A stretch of 64,000 nucleotides of DNA from Candidatus Microgenomates bacterium (lineage in GTDB: Bacteria > Patescibacteriota > Microgenomatia > Levybacterales > UBA12049): positions 16,147-80,146 of the forward strand of contig JANWJT010000017.1 in the NCBI GenBank assembly GCA_025451755.1, read 5' to 3'. The notes under the pieces are model-generated. The model did no database searches. It had not been told where the DNA came from and saw only the letters and a program-made list of their open reading frames with translations. The position numbers and the translations under genes were made by a program. Positions 48,220 to 58,020 of this stretch are shown here, in pieces (position 1 is the stretch's first letter; the number at the start of each line of letters is the position of its first letter).

Positions 48220-49854
48220 TTAGCATTTATTTTTGACATCATAAATTTTATAAGTATTCTGTTTATTTACATAAACTTCTTTAAAGTTTTCTTCAAAAAA
48301 AGAATGGTTTATTGGAAATTCGGAATTCTCTTGATTTAATTCTATGTAATTAATTTTATTTTTTAGTATTTCGGTACAGAATAAATTTAAGCTTGTAGAA
48401 TTTAAAAGAGTCTTACGAAGATTATCTCTAGTTAAAGTGTCATATCCTGCTGACCAGGAAAAATAAGGCCAGCCAAGAAGTATTTTTCTGCCAGCCAAAG
48501 ATGCTGGATCGTAAAGATAATGAGTGTTTAAAAAGACTGAGTCGGGGGGAGTATTTTTAATAATCCATTTTATATCTTGATTTATTGGATAGTCAGCAGT
48601 TTCTCCCTTAATGTCATTATATATTGGGAAAAAGTCGAGTATTCCAGATAAAATTAGAAAAAAGAATAAAATTATAACTATCGGCTTTAGTACGATGCTT
48701 TTTTTCCACAACCAAACAAGAGTAAAGGCAGAAAACATAACACCAATGAGCATGAAATAATTAAAAAATTTATGGTTTGCCGCAATCTCTGGAGAGAATT
48801 GTATTGAATTTCCTATTATAAAAAAAACGAAGAAAGTTATAAAAATTTTCTTTAAAGTTCTATTAGATAATAAAAATCCAATCGGAATTAATATTGAATG
48901 AAGCCCAAGATTATAAAACCAATATTTTGTAAAAGAGAAGAATGTTAAATTAAAAGAAGTAAGATATCCGGGTGAAAAAAAAGATTTAAATGTAGCTGAC
49001 CCGGATTGAAGGTAAAGATATTGAGGTATAGAAATTATCCCGACTGTTGTTAGAATAATCAAAATCGGAATTCTTAATTTTTCAAAAAACACACTTAATA
49101 GAATTAGAGCTATAACAGTCATTAAAAATACGGCTAGGTGAAAATAGAAAAAAAATCCCAAAACTATCCCCAGTAAAATACTTATTTTAAGATTTATTTT
49201 TTGTTTCCTCAGGACTGGTATTAAGAGTAAATAAATAATTAAAAGAGAAAGTGCAAAAGCTCCTGCTAAATGTCTTTGGTTGGTAAAAATATTCAGGTTC
49301 CAAAATGCGGAAACAATTTTCCCATCATACGGACCGAAGGAAGGAAAGACAGTATTGCTTATTATGTCTTTTATCGAAGCAGGAGATATAGGATTCTTTT
49401 TAAAGAATTCCAAAAAAGATAACGATCCATTAAAAAGAAAAAACACTACAGATAAAATTCCAACAGCTCTGCTTTTAAATATTTTTTTTGCAAATAAATA
49501 AATTATAAGAAGGAGAAAGAAAAATCCAATTGTGCTGGGAATGTTTAGTGCATAATCAATCCTTATTCCTAATTTTTCTAAAATCCCAACAAAGAAATAA
49601 AAAAGAAAGTGATAATGAATTGGTTCTCCGGGAAAAATAGGATATTGAGGAGGAAAATTAGATCCAAACGAAAAAGATCTTATAAGTGGTATAGTACTTG
49701 CAAAATCGCTCCAGGCTTTTGTAGCAATAACTATTTGTCCGTTTTTATACCCAAAAGTAGAAAACATGAGCCACGAACTAAATAAAAGAGAAGATATTGC
49801 AATAAAAAATTCAATAAAATTATCCCTGAGAAATTTTATATATTTTTTATTCAT
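48220..49854 (-). CDS. Polytopic membrane protein, GT-C/ArnT-PMT-like glycosyltransferase
   Basis: 544 aa, 12 or more TM helices. Confidence 0.4.
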   Translation of the reverse strand: MNKKYIKFLRDNFIEFFIAISSLLFSSWLMFSTFGYKNGQIVIATKAWSDFASTIPLIRSFSFGSNFPPQYPIFPGEPIHYHFLFYFFVGILEKLGIRIDYALNIPSTIGFFFLLLIIYLFAKKIFKSRAVGILSVVFFLFNGSLSFLEFFKKNPISPASIKDIISNTVFPSFGPYDGKIVSAFWNLNIFTNQRHLAGAFALSLLIIYLLLIPVLRKQKINLKISILLGIVLGFFFYFHLAVFLMTVIALILLSVFFEKLRIPILIILTTVGIISIPQYLYLQSGSATFKSFFSPGYLTSFNLTFFSFTKYWFYNLGLHSILIPIGFLLSNRTLKKIFITFFVFFIIGNSIQFSPEIAANHKFFNYFMLIGVMFSAFTLVWLWKKSIVLKPIVIILFFFLILSGILDFFPIYNDIKGETADYPINQDIKWIIKNTPPDSVFLNTHYLYDPASLAGRKILLGWPYFSWSAGYDTLTRDNLRKTLLNSTSLNLFCTEILKNKINYIELNQENSEFPINHSFFEENFKEVYVNKQNTYKIYDVKNKC

Positions 49855-51151
49855 TAGAAGTTACTAATTTTGCAACTTTTTGCCCAAGTTCTACTGCATA
49901 ATTTGTTCCCCTGTCCCAAGGATAAACCTGCTGAATATTTGCAAGATAAACATTTGGAAGCGGTGTTTCAAAAGGCGGAACTATTTTTGAGTAATTCACA
50001 GGAATAATAGGTTGAGCAAATGGAACTTTAAAAAGTTCAGAGCTAATAACCGAATCCTCATAATCTGGCTTGATCTTTTTGAGAAACGGATCATAAATTT
50101 TAAGAAGCTCGTCTTTTTCCATCTTCATATACCTATGATCAAAGGGCAGGTAGTTTCCTAAATAAACAAGATGTTCATTATTATAGTTCTTCTTATCCAT
50201 AAAATTAGTATGCTCAACGATTGCCATTATTGGAGATTTGGTATCGCAAATACTAAGCCAATAAGTCCCGTCTTTTAAGAATTGTTCTTTTAGTCTTAAA
50301 ACAAGGTTTATTGCTCCAAGACCCTTTAGCTTTAATAATTTATTTACATATTTTTGTGGTAAATCAGGAGCTATTTTAGTAAAGAAAATTGATGGAAGAG
50401 TAACGATGACTGCGTCAAAATTGATAATTGACGATTTACCATTGATCATTTTGTATTTTACAGAAACTTGTTTGGCACTTTTTATTTCCTCAACTTCGGT
50501 ATTAAAGAAAAACTTAGCACCTTTTTTTTCACACTCTCTAACTAAAAAATCTGCAAATTCTAAAAATCCGCCGCTAGGATAAACCAAGTCGGGAGTTCTT
50601 TTTTTTATTCTTGCCCAAAACCATGCAAGAGATATGTCTTTTGAGAATTCTCCAAATTTATTCTTAAGCTGTGGATCCCAGATTTTTTTATAAGCGTTTT
50701 TTCCCATTGTTTTTAATAAAAAATTCTCTGCATTTAATTTTTCAAGAGGCTTCCATAGAGGATTAAATTTAAGAAAACCTAGCACAGCGGCCATTCTTGC
50801 CTTATCAATAAAAGGTAACTTTGGAAAAGCAAGAACGTGCATAGGAGAATCAAGTTGATAGATTTTTCCTTCCGAATAAATTGATGTTTTGGGTCTTTTT
50901 TTAATAATCCCGTAGCCGATTTTTTGAGCCAGATTAATAACTTTATCATCGTTTGAAAACCAATGATGATAATGCTTTTCCAATGACCAATTCCATTCTT
51001 TTTCGTCCTTCGTTTGTAGAGGCTTAAAGCCTATTGCAAGTCCACCTGGCTGATTATCTTTCTCGAAAATAAAAACTTCATTTTTTTTATTCAAGAGCTC
51101 GAAAGCGGCAGAAAGTCCAGTAAATCCTGCACCTACGATTGCTATTTTCAT
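49847..51151 (-). CDS. FAD-dependent oxidoreductase (amine-oxidase/protoporphyrinogen-oxidase-like fold)
   Basis: N-terminus MKIAIVGAGFTGLSAAFEL...FEKDNQPGGLA. Confidence 0.55.
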   Translation of the reverse strand: MKIAIVGAGFTGLSAAFELLNKKNEVFIFEKDNQPGGLAIGFKPLQTKDEKEWNWSLEKHYHHWFSNDDKVINLAQKIGYGIIKKRPKTSIYSEGKIYQLDSPMHVLAFPKLPFIDKARMAAVLGFLKFNPLWKPLEKLNAENFLLKTMGKNAYKKIWDPQLKNKFGEFSKDISLAWFWARIKKRTPDLVYPSGGFLEFADFLVRECEKKGAKFFFNTEVEEIKSAKQVSVKYKMINGKSSIINFDAVIVTLPSIFFTKIAPDLPQKYVNKLLKLKGLGAINLVLRLKEQFLKDGTYWLSICDTKSPIMAIVEHTNFMDKKNYNNEHLVYLGNYLPFDHRYMKMEKDELLKIYDPFLKKIKPDYEDSVISSELFKVPFAQPIIPVNYSKIVPPFETPLPNVYLANIQQVYPWDRGTNYAVELGQKVAKLVTSNE

Positions 51152-52530
51152 AAAGTTGTATTGCCTCGGGAAACAAGGAATATAAAGAAGCCTAGAATTG
51201 TCAGTCCAAGACCAAATAAGCCAAAAATTACAGAATCAGAATTTCCTGGTGAAGGAATAGGCGATATTATCGGTGTTATGGTCGCAGTTGGAATAAGCGT
51301 TGGAGAAGTAGAGGCTATAGGCATGTTGGTAGGCGTAGCTGTGGGAATAATAGTTGGAATAGGAGTTGATGTTGGTACAGAGCTTGGTGTAACAATAGGC
51401 GTTGCGGATGGAGTTGCACTTTCGCTTACCTGATTTCCGGAAGCAAAAACAGTAAAAGATTGTGTTATTGTTCTCAGAATTCCGGAAACATCTCTGGTAA
51501 CAATAGTAATGGTGTGACTTCCGGGCGATAACGCAGATGAAGGTCTAAAGCTCCAATTTCCATTAGAGTCTGTAATTATCTGAGTCTTAATATTGTCATC
51601 GGAATGAATAGTTATTTCGACTGTACTATTTGGAAGAGCAGTTCCCGAAAATCTTGGCTGGGAATCTATAAATGTTTGGTTATTGCTTGGCACATTAATT
51701 TGAAGAGTCTCACTGGAGCTTGATACTTCAGAGCTTAAAGAAGAAAAACTAGTTGACGCGGATTCGGAAGCTGTTTCTAAATTGCTTTGGGTAAAGTCAT
51801 AATCATTTCCCAGCGTAATCACAGGAATTTCTTTAATTTCTAAGCTATTAAACTTTATGTTAGAAGATAGAGAGTTTTCTCCCAGCACAAGTATTCTAAA
51901 AATTGTTTCATCGGAAATTGTAAAATAAGCAGAAAGATTTTCAGTTTTTAAGGAGCCCACAGAAAGAGAATAAGATCCATCTTCTTCTACTAAAGCCGAA
52001 AGAGTCTGAGAATTTTCAGAATTTAAGTATACAACTGCTTCTTTAGAATTATCTTCGCTCGGAAATATAATGCGCCCCTTTATTATTTTGTCGTTGTCAA
52101 AAGAGCTGGAAGAAATAGGTGACGTTTTTACAGTAAAAGGCTCTCCATTTTGTAAAAATTCTTTAGATCCTGAAGATATAGAAAAGTAATAGTCCGAATA
52201 GGGATCTAAATTTTTAACTGTAATATAATGAATTTTATATTCTCCCAGATCTCCTTTTTTATCTTTATCATCAAAGGCTGTCTGTCCAAGATTTTTATTC
52301 TTTCCAAAATTGATAGAACCAACTACCGGGGCTTCTGTCGTAAAGGAAACAGTGAATGATTTATTGGTTATGTTAGAAATTCTTATATTTTGTGCAGTAT
52401 CGGAAGGACCTGCCTTGCTAGTTAGAATTACTCCTGTTTTAGTAAGATAGGAAGTAACGCCTATCCCTACTGCAATAAAAAGTATTCCTAATAAGGTTGG
52501 AATGCGCTTACTCCATATGTTCTTTCTCAT
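51148..52530 (-). CDS. Surface protein with a signal anchor, an FN3/purple-acid-phosphatase-N-like domain, a Ser/Thr/Pro-rich region, and a C-terminal TM anchor
   Basis: NIRISNITNKSFTVSFTT...YKIHYITVKNLDPYSDYYF is FN3-like. The C-terminus IFGLFGLGLTILGFFIFLVSRGNTTL follows a PT-rich linker. Confidence 0.45.
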   Translation of the reverse strand: MRKNIWSKRIPTLLGILFIAVGIGVTSYLTKTGVILTSKAGPSDTAQNIRISNITNKSFTVSFTTEAPVVGSINFGKNKNLGQTAFDDKDKKGDLGEYKIHYITVKNLDPYSDYYFSISSGSKEFLQNGEPFTVKTSPISSSSFDNDKIIKGRIIFPSEDNSKEAVVYLNSENSQTLSALVEEDGSYSLSVGSLKTENLSAYFTISDETIFRILVLGENSLSSNIKFNSLEIKEIPVITLGNDYDFTQSNLETASESASTSFSSLSSEVSSSSETLQINVPSNNQTFIDSQPRFSGTALPNSTVEITIHSDDNIKTQIITDSNGNWSFRPSSALSPGSHTITIVTRDVSGILRTITQSFTVFASGNQVSESATPSATPIVTPSSVPTSTPIPTIIPTATPTNMPIASTSPTLIPTATITPIISPIPSPGNSDSVIFGLFGLGLTILGFFIFLVSRGNTTL

Positions 52531-52856
52531 AAGCTTCCCTCTGATATTATGTTCGCAGATACTGAGCTTACATTTTCTTCTGCTGCGCTTTCTGTTGCTT
52601 CATTGTTATTTAATTGAAAGATTGGCGCTATGCTTCTTCGTTCTCTTAGAATGTCTATAGTTCTTGTATCAAAATTTGGATCAATTGGAAATATTTTTTC
52701 TTCTACGGGTGCTGTTATTGTAGAAGAAACAAGATTATGATAAATACTAAAACCAATCCAGGCGACTATTAAGACAAAAGTCGAAATAACTAAAAATAAA
52801 ACTTCTCTTTGTTTCATAAAATTACTGCTTAAAATATGCCGTACCTTTAATATCAA
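52527..52856 (-). CDS. Small single-TM protein within the pil operon
   Basis: 109 aa with one TM helix. Confidence 0.3.
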   Translation of the reverse strand: MILKVRHILSSNFMKQREVLFLVISTFVLIVAWIGFSIYHNLVSSTITAPVEEKIFPIDPNFDTRTIDILRERRSIAPIFQLNNNEATESAAEENVSSVSANIISEGSL

Positions 52857-53448
52857 GTACCAAAATTTCAGATTGATTCCCTTTGCGATTAATAGATAGG
52901 GTATCTAAGGAAACAACTCTTTCCATATCCAAAAGAATACTAATAAAATTGGTTAGATTTTCATAATTTCCCTGCACGCCCGTGGAAAAAGAAAACGTTG
53001 AATATTTCTTCTGATTATTAGAAGGTTCAGAGATATCAACTTCAAAACTTTGCAAATTGATAACTTCAACTCCTGCGTCTCTGGCGATAGATTGTATCTG
53101 CCCCATTAAGAGTGGAACTTTAGGATCTTTTGGAACGGCTTTTAAAACAATTGGTATATCTTTTTCTACAATATTATATTTTTCCTGAAGAGATGAAAGA
53201 TTAGAGATTTTTTCCGTAAGCTGCTTATCGACGAACTTAGTATCGGTTAGTTCTTTTCTTAGCTTTGCAATTGTTGATAAGGTTGGATTAATAGCAAATA
53301 TACCGAAAAAAGATAAAGATATTAAGGAAAAAATAATACTAGAATATTTTTTTGTTTTTTCATTTTTTAAATCAGGTAAAAGTTCAAAATATTTATTGTT
53401 TTTTACTTTTTTTAAAACAGTTCCTATATTGTATTTTGGTGTCTTCAT
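52822..53448 (-). CDS. pilO: PilO-like type IV pilus assembly protein
   Basis: Short cytoplasmic N-terminus, TM helix, a coiled-coil, then a C-terminal alpha/beta domain. Gene order pilN then pilO. Confidence 0.45.
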   Translation of the reverse strand: MKTPKYNIGTVLKKVKNNKYFELLPDLKNEKTKKYSSIIFSLISLSFFGIFAINPTLSTIAKLRKELTDTKFVDKQLTEKISNLSSLQEKYNIVEKDIPIVLKAVPKDPKVPLLMGQIQSIARDAGVEVINLQSFEVDISEPSNNQKKYSTFSFSTGVQGNYENLTNFISILLDMERVVSLDTLSINRKGNQSEILVLDIKGTAYFKQ

Positions 53449-53455
53449 GGCATTT

Positions 53456-53992
53456 TTATTTAAGATTTACCGTTATACTTGCTGTAATAAGAGAATTGGA
53501 AAGCTTATTTCCTATTTTATTTATGCTGACACTTTCGATAGCTGGATAGTTTTTTAATGAATTGACAAAATTAGTAAGGGAGGAAATGTATTGAAAGTTT
53601 GCATCAATCTTTACAAAATTTTCTGATAAAACTAACTCATTAAAAGTCATCCCGCCGGTGGCAAGTTCAATTATGTCGTTAAATATTTTATTTTTTTTCC
53701 CTCCTGACTCAGAGAATTCAGAAGCGACCGAAAGTCTGTCTTGCAGATTTCTATATATTTCCTCTCTGCTTTTTAAGTAACCAACGATTGCCGTTTCCTG
53801 TTTTATTTTTGAGTGCAAATCAATTAGCTCTCTATCCAGAGTAAATCTATATATAAAAGCAGATAGCGCAATAACCTCTGTAAGAATTACTACAAGTCTT
53901 CCAATTGTTAAAGCCCAGTCAATAAATTTTTCAAAGATATTTCCTTGCCTATTGCCCAAAAGATTTATAGAAGGATGGTGGTTTTTTCGCAC
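53456..53992 (-). CDS. pilN: PilN-like type IV pilus assembly protein
   Basis: N-terminal INLLG (PilN INLLP motif), then a TM helix, then a periplasmic domain. Confidence 0.5.
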   Translation of the reverse strand: MRKNHHPSINLLGNRQGNIFEKFIDWALTIGRLVVILTEVIALSAFIYRFTLDRELIDLHSKIKQETAIVGYLKSREEIYRNLQDRLSVASEFSESGGKKNKIFNDIIELATGGMTFNELVLSENFVKIDANFQYISSLTNFVNSLKNYPAIESVSINKIGNKLSNSLITASITVNLK

Positions 53993-54039
53993 ACTTTTAG
54001 TCTAGGGATTTTTGATACTTTTGTCAAAGAGAAATGAGG

Positions 54040-54300
54040 TTATTTTGTCTTGGTTTTCTTGAGTTTTTTCTTTATTAATCCCGAAAGCTTAGACTTAAGT
54101 CTCGAAGCTTTATTTTTGTGAATAATGTTATTTTTTGCAGCTTTATCAACTAGTTTTATTGCATCTTTTATAATCTTCTCGGTTTTGCCTTTTTGGGCTT
54201 TTTTAACAGCAGATCTAAAAAGATTTTTTATCTTTTTATTTTTTTCTGTTTTTACTTTATCTTTTCTCAGTTTTTTCTTGGCAGATTTTGTTACTGGCAT
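54040..54300 (-). CDS. rpsT: 30S ribosomal protein S20
   Basis: MPVTKSAKKKLRKDK..., 86 aa, Lys-rich, all-helical. Confidence 0.85.
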   Translation of the reverse strand: MPVTKSAKKKLRKDKVKTEKNKKIKNLFRSAVKKAQKGKTEKIIKDAIKLVDKAAKNNIIHKNKASRLKSKLSGLIKKKLKKTKTK

Positions 54301-54334
54301 GCGGAGATTTTACCATGTTATACTATAAAACACA

Positions 54335-56005
54335 ATGGCTCCCCGCAATTTATTAAAGAAAAGTTTTAATTTCTTCCTTACTCAACAAACGAACATTTTA
54401 ACCGCGGCTCTTATAATAATGGGGACTACAATCTTATCCCAAGTCTTAGGGCTTGTTCGAAAAAGACTCCTCCTTGAATTTTTTGGGGCATCAAACATTC
54501 TCGGAGTTTATGATGTCGCAACCAGACTACCGGATTTTCTTTTTCAGCTTATCATAGCAGGCGCTCTCTCGTCTGCTCTTATTCCTGTTTTTTCAGACTA
54601 TATAGGAAAAGGAAGACAAGAGGAGGCGCATAAATTAGGATCGACTCTTCTTACGCTCGGACTTATTACTTTTACAATTCTTGCAGTTATCCTTTATACA
54701 TTTTCTTTTTATTTTTCGAAATTACTTGCACCAGGATTTTCCCACGCAGATATAATTCTTATGGGAAATTTGATGAGAATAATTATAATAGGTCAGACAA
54801 TATTTCTTGTTGCAAGTTTTTTTACTGCAGTTCTTCAATCTCATAACCATTTTTTTATCCCCGGTTTTGCATCAGCGCTATATAATCTTGGTATAATAAT
54901 CGGAATTTTAATCTTGGCTCCTGTCGTAGGAATTTACTCGGCTGCTTACGGAGTAATTCTAGGATCACTTATTTTTGTGTCAATACAAATACCACTTATT
55001 TTAAAAGTTAAGTTTTCCATTAAACCAGTTTTTTCCTTAAATTATTTTAAAGACAAAGGTGTTATGCAGGTTTTAAAACTTATGTGGCCAAGAACTCTAT
55101 CTATCGCAATTTTTCAATTAGGAACACTTCTTACTGTAACTCTTGTTTCTTTTCTTGCGGATCCTGGCAGAAATTATGTAATTTTTGATCTAGCCCAAAC
55201 TCTTGCCTTTGCGCCCGTGACTCTTGTTGGAAATGCTATTGCACAGGCTGCTTTTCCCGTGCTTTCAAGAGAAAGGGATAGATTAGAAGAATTTAAAAAT
55301 ACATTTATAACAAGCTTTAATCAAATGCTTTATTTAATTCTTCCGATTTCAGTTCTTTTTTTGGTTCTTAGAATTCCTTTAGTTCGTCTAATTTACGGAG
55401 CTCCGCGTTTGGATTGGCCGGCTACAGTTTTGACGGGTCAAATGCTTGCTTATTTTAGTATTTCAATCTTTGCTCAGTCTTTAATTTATTTGGTATCGCG
55501 TGGATTTTATGCCCTTCATGATTCAAAAACTCCCCTAATTATCGGAGCCATTACGACAGCTTTAATGCTGGGTCTTTCATGGCTCTTAATTTTCGTTTAC
55601 CATATGGGGATTACAGGAATAGCTTTATCTTTTTCAATCGCTTCAATAGTCAATCTTATTATTTCGTTTATACTCCTTGATATAAAAGTAGGTGGATTTC
55701 AAAAATTAAAATTTATTTTTTCAATGGGAAAGATTTTTCTTGCAACTTTTTTTACGGGGTTTGCATTATATGTTCCAATAAAGCTTTTAGACCAGCTAAT
55801 ATTTGATACCACAAAAACTATAAATCTTCTCATGCTTACTGGAATTTCCAGTCTTGCCGGATTATCTCTTTATATTTTTCTGACTTGGCTTTTTGATGTA
55901 AAAGAAGCATCAACGTTTCTTCTTCTATTTAAGAAACTGGGAAACTGGAAAGATATACTTAGAAAAAGCGAAGAAACCATCGACGGCACCCGCATTAAAG
56001 TTTAA
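54335..56005 (+). CDS. murJ: Lipid II flippase MurJ
   Basis: MurJ/MviN N-terminal signature ...ILSQVLGLVRKRLLLEFFGAS...VATRLPDFLFQL. 14 TM helices. Confidence 0.85.
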   Translation: MAPRNLLKKSFNFFLTQQTNILTAALIIMGTTILSQVLGLVRKRLLLEFFGASNILGVYDVATRLPDFLFQLIIAGALSSALIPVFSDYIGKGRQEEAHKLGSTLLTLGLITFTILAVILYTFSFYFSKLLAPGFSHADIILMGNLMRIIIIGQTIFLVASFFTAVLQSHNHFFIPGFASALYNLGIIIGILILAPVVGIYSAAYGVILGSLIFVSIQIPLILKVKFSIKPVFSLNYFKDKGVMQVLKLMWPRTLSIAIFQLGTLLTVTLVSFLADPGRNYVIFDLAQTLAFAPVTLVGNAIAQAAFPVLSRERDRLEEFKNTFITSFNQMLYLILPISVLFLVLRIPLVRLIYGAPRLDWPATVLTGQMLAYFSISIFAQSLIYLVSRGFYALHDSKTPLIIGAITTALMLGLSWLLIFVYHMGITGIALSFSIASIVNLIISFILLDIKVGGFQKLKFIFSMGKIFLATFFTGFALYVPIKLLDQLIFDTTKTINLLMLTGISSLAGLSLYIFLTWLFDVKEASTFLLLFKKLGNWKDILRKSEETIDGTRIKV

Positions 56006-56053
56006 TTTCGGATTGACTACAAAAGAAAAATAAAGTAGGATAGAGCCAAATAG

Positions 56054-57298
56054 ATGGCAGGAATAGAGAAACTTTTAGTAGCAGATAAAAAAGGAGAAGC
56101 GTCATTTATTCTAGGAAATCTTTTGGCATCTACAGCAGATAATTTCCCCGAGCCCCAATTTAGAGTCCATCGCGTAAATAACAAATCAATAATTAATCCG
56201 CATCCTTTTAAAATTTATACCAACGCAGATGGTGGGGGTACGAAACCAGAGATAGCCGAAAGGCTTTTTACTGAATCTCAAGATCCAGATGAATTCAGAA
56301 CCTTAGCTGCTGATGTTTGCGCTATGATAGATGGAGATACGGCAAGGGATGGCTCATTTTTATTAGGGATTACGGATATATTAGATGTCAGTACGGCAGA
56401 TACAGATATCATAAGAGCGGTTGCTATTGGACTTAAAGAACAAGCTGAAATTGGGAATTTCGCAATCTTAAATGGAGAAACTGCAGAACTTGGTTATAGA
56501 GCTCCGGGATATGGTGGATTTGGTATAAATTTAAACGCAGTGGGGCTTAATCTTTATGTTCCCGAAAAAGAGATAACAGGAAAAAATCTTCAACCAGGAC
56601 AATTAGTTGTAGCGCTTCGCGAAGAATCAGTACGTTCAAACGGTTTAAGTACGATAAGAAGTTTACTTCAATTTTTTTATGCAATAAGTCCAGAAGGACA
56701 AAAAGCAAGAGAGGATGCTTTTAAAAATTTAGTTGAAAATAAAGAAATGGTTGTAGAATGGATGAAGCCTGTTATGAAACATTTTTTTATAACAGATATC
56801 GTGAATGGGGAGCGCTTGAAATGGCACGAAAAATATCCAGAGATAACACAGCAGTTGAAAATGCCATCTCGTCTATATGGACCAATCATTTATGATGCTC
56901 AGGGAGGAATTTTTGGAGAAAAAGAAGTGAATATAATTGCAGCGGCTCACATAACAGGAGGCGGTATCCCGTTAAAAGGAATTAGAATGGTTCAGGAATC
57001 TGGATTTGGTTTGACTATTGACCATGTATTTCCAGATCCTGAAGCAGTCACTTCTATTTTAGAATTAGCGCATTCTTTGCACTCAGATAAAGATCTTATT
57101 ATTTCTGATATGCAAGCATGTGAAAAATGGAATATGGGGGTTGGGTTTTTAATTGTTGTTCCAAACGAAGTGGAAGCAAAAAAGCTTATTGATATTGCGG
57201 GGAATCATAATTGCGAAGCAGCAATTGCAGGTGAAGTTATTGATGAGCCTGTTGTAAAATTCCGCGGACACACATGGAGATACGGCGAAGTCGCATGA
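56054..57298 (+). CDS. purM: Phosphoribosylformylglycinamidine cyclo-ligase (AIR synthase), long form
   Basis: DGGGTK, GETAE, HITGGG and NMGVGF correspond to E. coli PurM DGVGTK, GGETAE, HLTGGG and NCGVGM. Confidence 0.7.
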   Translation: MAGIEKLLVADKKGEASFILGNLLASTADNFPEPQFRVHRVNNKSIINPHPFKIYTNADGGGTKPEIAERLFTESQDPDEFRTLAADVCAMIDGDTARDGSFLLGITDILDVSTADTDIIRAVAIGLKEQAEIGNFAILNGETAELGYRAPGYGGFGINLNAVGLNLYVPEKEITGKNLQPGQLVVALREESVRSNGLSTIRSLLQFFYAISPEGQKAREDAFKNLVENKEMVVEWMKPVMKHFFITDIVNGERLKWHEKYPEITQQLKMPSRLYGPIIYDAQGGIFGEKEVNIIAAAHITGGGIPLKGIRMVQESGFGLTIDHVFPDPEAVTSILELAHSLHSDKDLIISDMQACEKWNMGVGFLIVVPNEVEAKKLIDIAGNHNCEAAIAGEVIDEPVVKFRGHTWRYGEVA

Positions 57299-57299
57299 T

Positions 57300-58016
57300 A
57301 TGAAAGAAAGATTGGGATCATTAGTTTATGGTGGTGGAAGTACTATGGAGCAAATTGCTCTTGCTTCCCAGGGAGGGGAGCTCGCAATGGACATTGCTTG
57401 TGTTCTTACAGGTAGGGATGATATCGACGCAATTAAAAAGGCAAAAAGATTAAAGCTTCCTTTTGAGATTGTTGATCAGGAAAAATTTAGAGGAGATGAT
57501 GGAAAAGTAGACGAATACGGTTTTGGTATGGCAATGTTAAAAGTATTTCGAAAGTATGGAGCTACAGTTGTAATGCAGAATGGATGGCTTGCCCGTACAC
57601 CTACAATTGTTATTGATGCATTTCCAAATATGATTTTTAATCAGCACCCCGGACCTTTGCCCGAAACCAAAGCTATGCATGGAATCCAACCGCATGCTGC
57701 AATGTTATACTTTGCAAGAGCAACGGGAAGAAATAATGGTACAGAAGTTATTTCCCAAAGAGTACATGCGAATTTTGACCAAGGAGCAATAGTCGGTCGG
57801 GCAAAAGTTCCAATTTACTTGCCAAATGATACTCCCAAGCGACTTCAGAAAAGAGCATTAAAAGTAGAGCACCGTTTGCAAATTGATGTCCTAAAACAAG
57901 TTGCTAATGGGACTATTAAGGAAACTCCTCAGGAATATAACTATATGAAACCTGGCGAAGAATATATTCTAAAATCTGCCCGCAAAAAAGCAAGAAAAAT
58001 CTACCCCAATGGATAG
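57300..58016 (+). CDS. purN: Phosphoribosylglycinamide formyltransferase
   Basis: The formyl-transferase motif NQHPGPLP (PurN NIHPSLLP) and downstream Asp region. Confidence 0.65.
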   Translation: MKERLGSLVYGGGSTMEQIALASQGGELAMDIACVLTGRDDIDAIKKAKRLKLPFEIVDQEKFRGDDGKVDEYGFGMAMLKVFRKYGATVVMQNGWLARTPTIVIDAFPNMIFNQHPGPLPETKAMHGIQPHAAMLYFARATGRNNGTEVISQRVHANFDQGAIVGRAKVPIYLPNDTPKRLQKRALKVEHRLQIDVLKQVANGTIKETPQEYNYMKPGEEYILKSARKKARKIYPNG

Positions 58017-58020
58017 AAAG

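Noticed and set aside
51161-51433. Plus-strand ORF 51161..51433 and the apparent DNA-level tandem repeats in 51200-51450 and 60600-61150
   Set aside because: Antisense to, or within, Pro/Thr-rich linker codons of surface proteins. The periodicity reflects PT(S) peptide repeats, not a CRISPR array or satellite.
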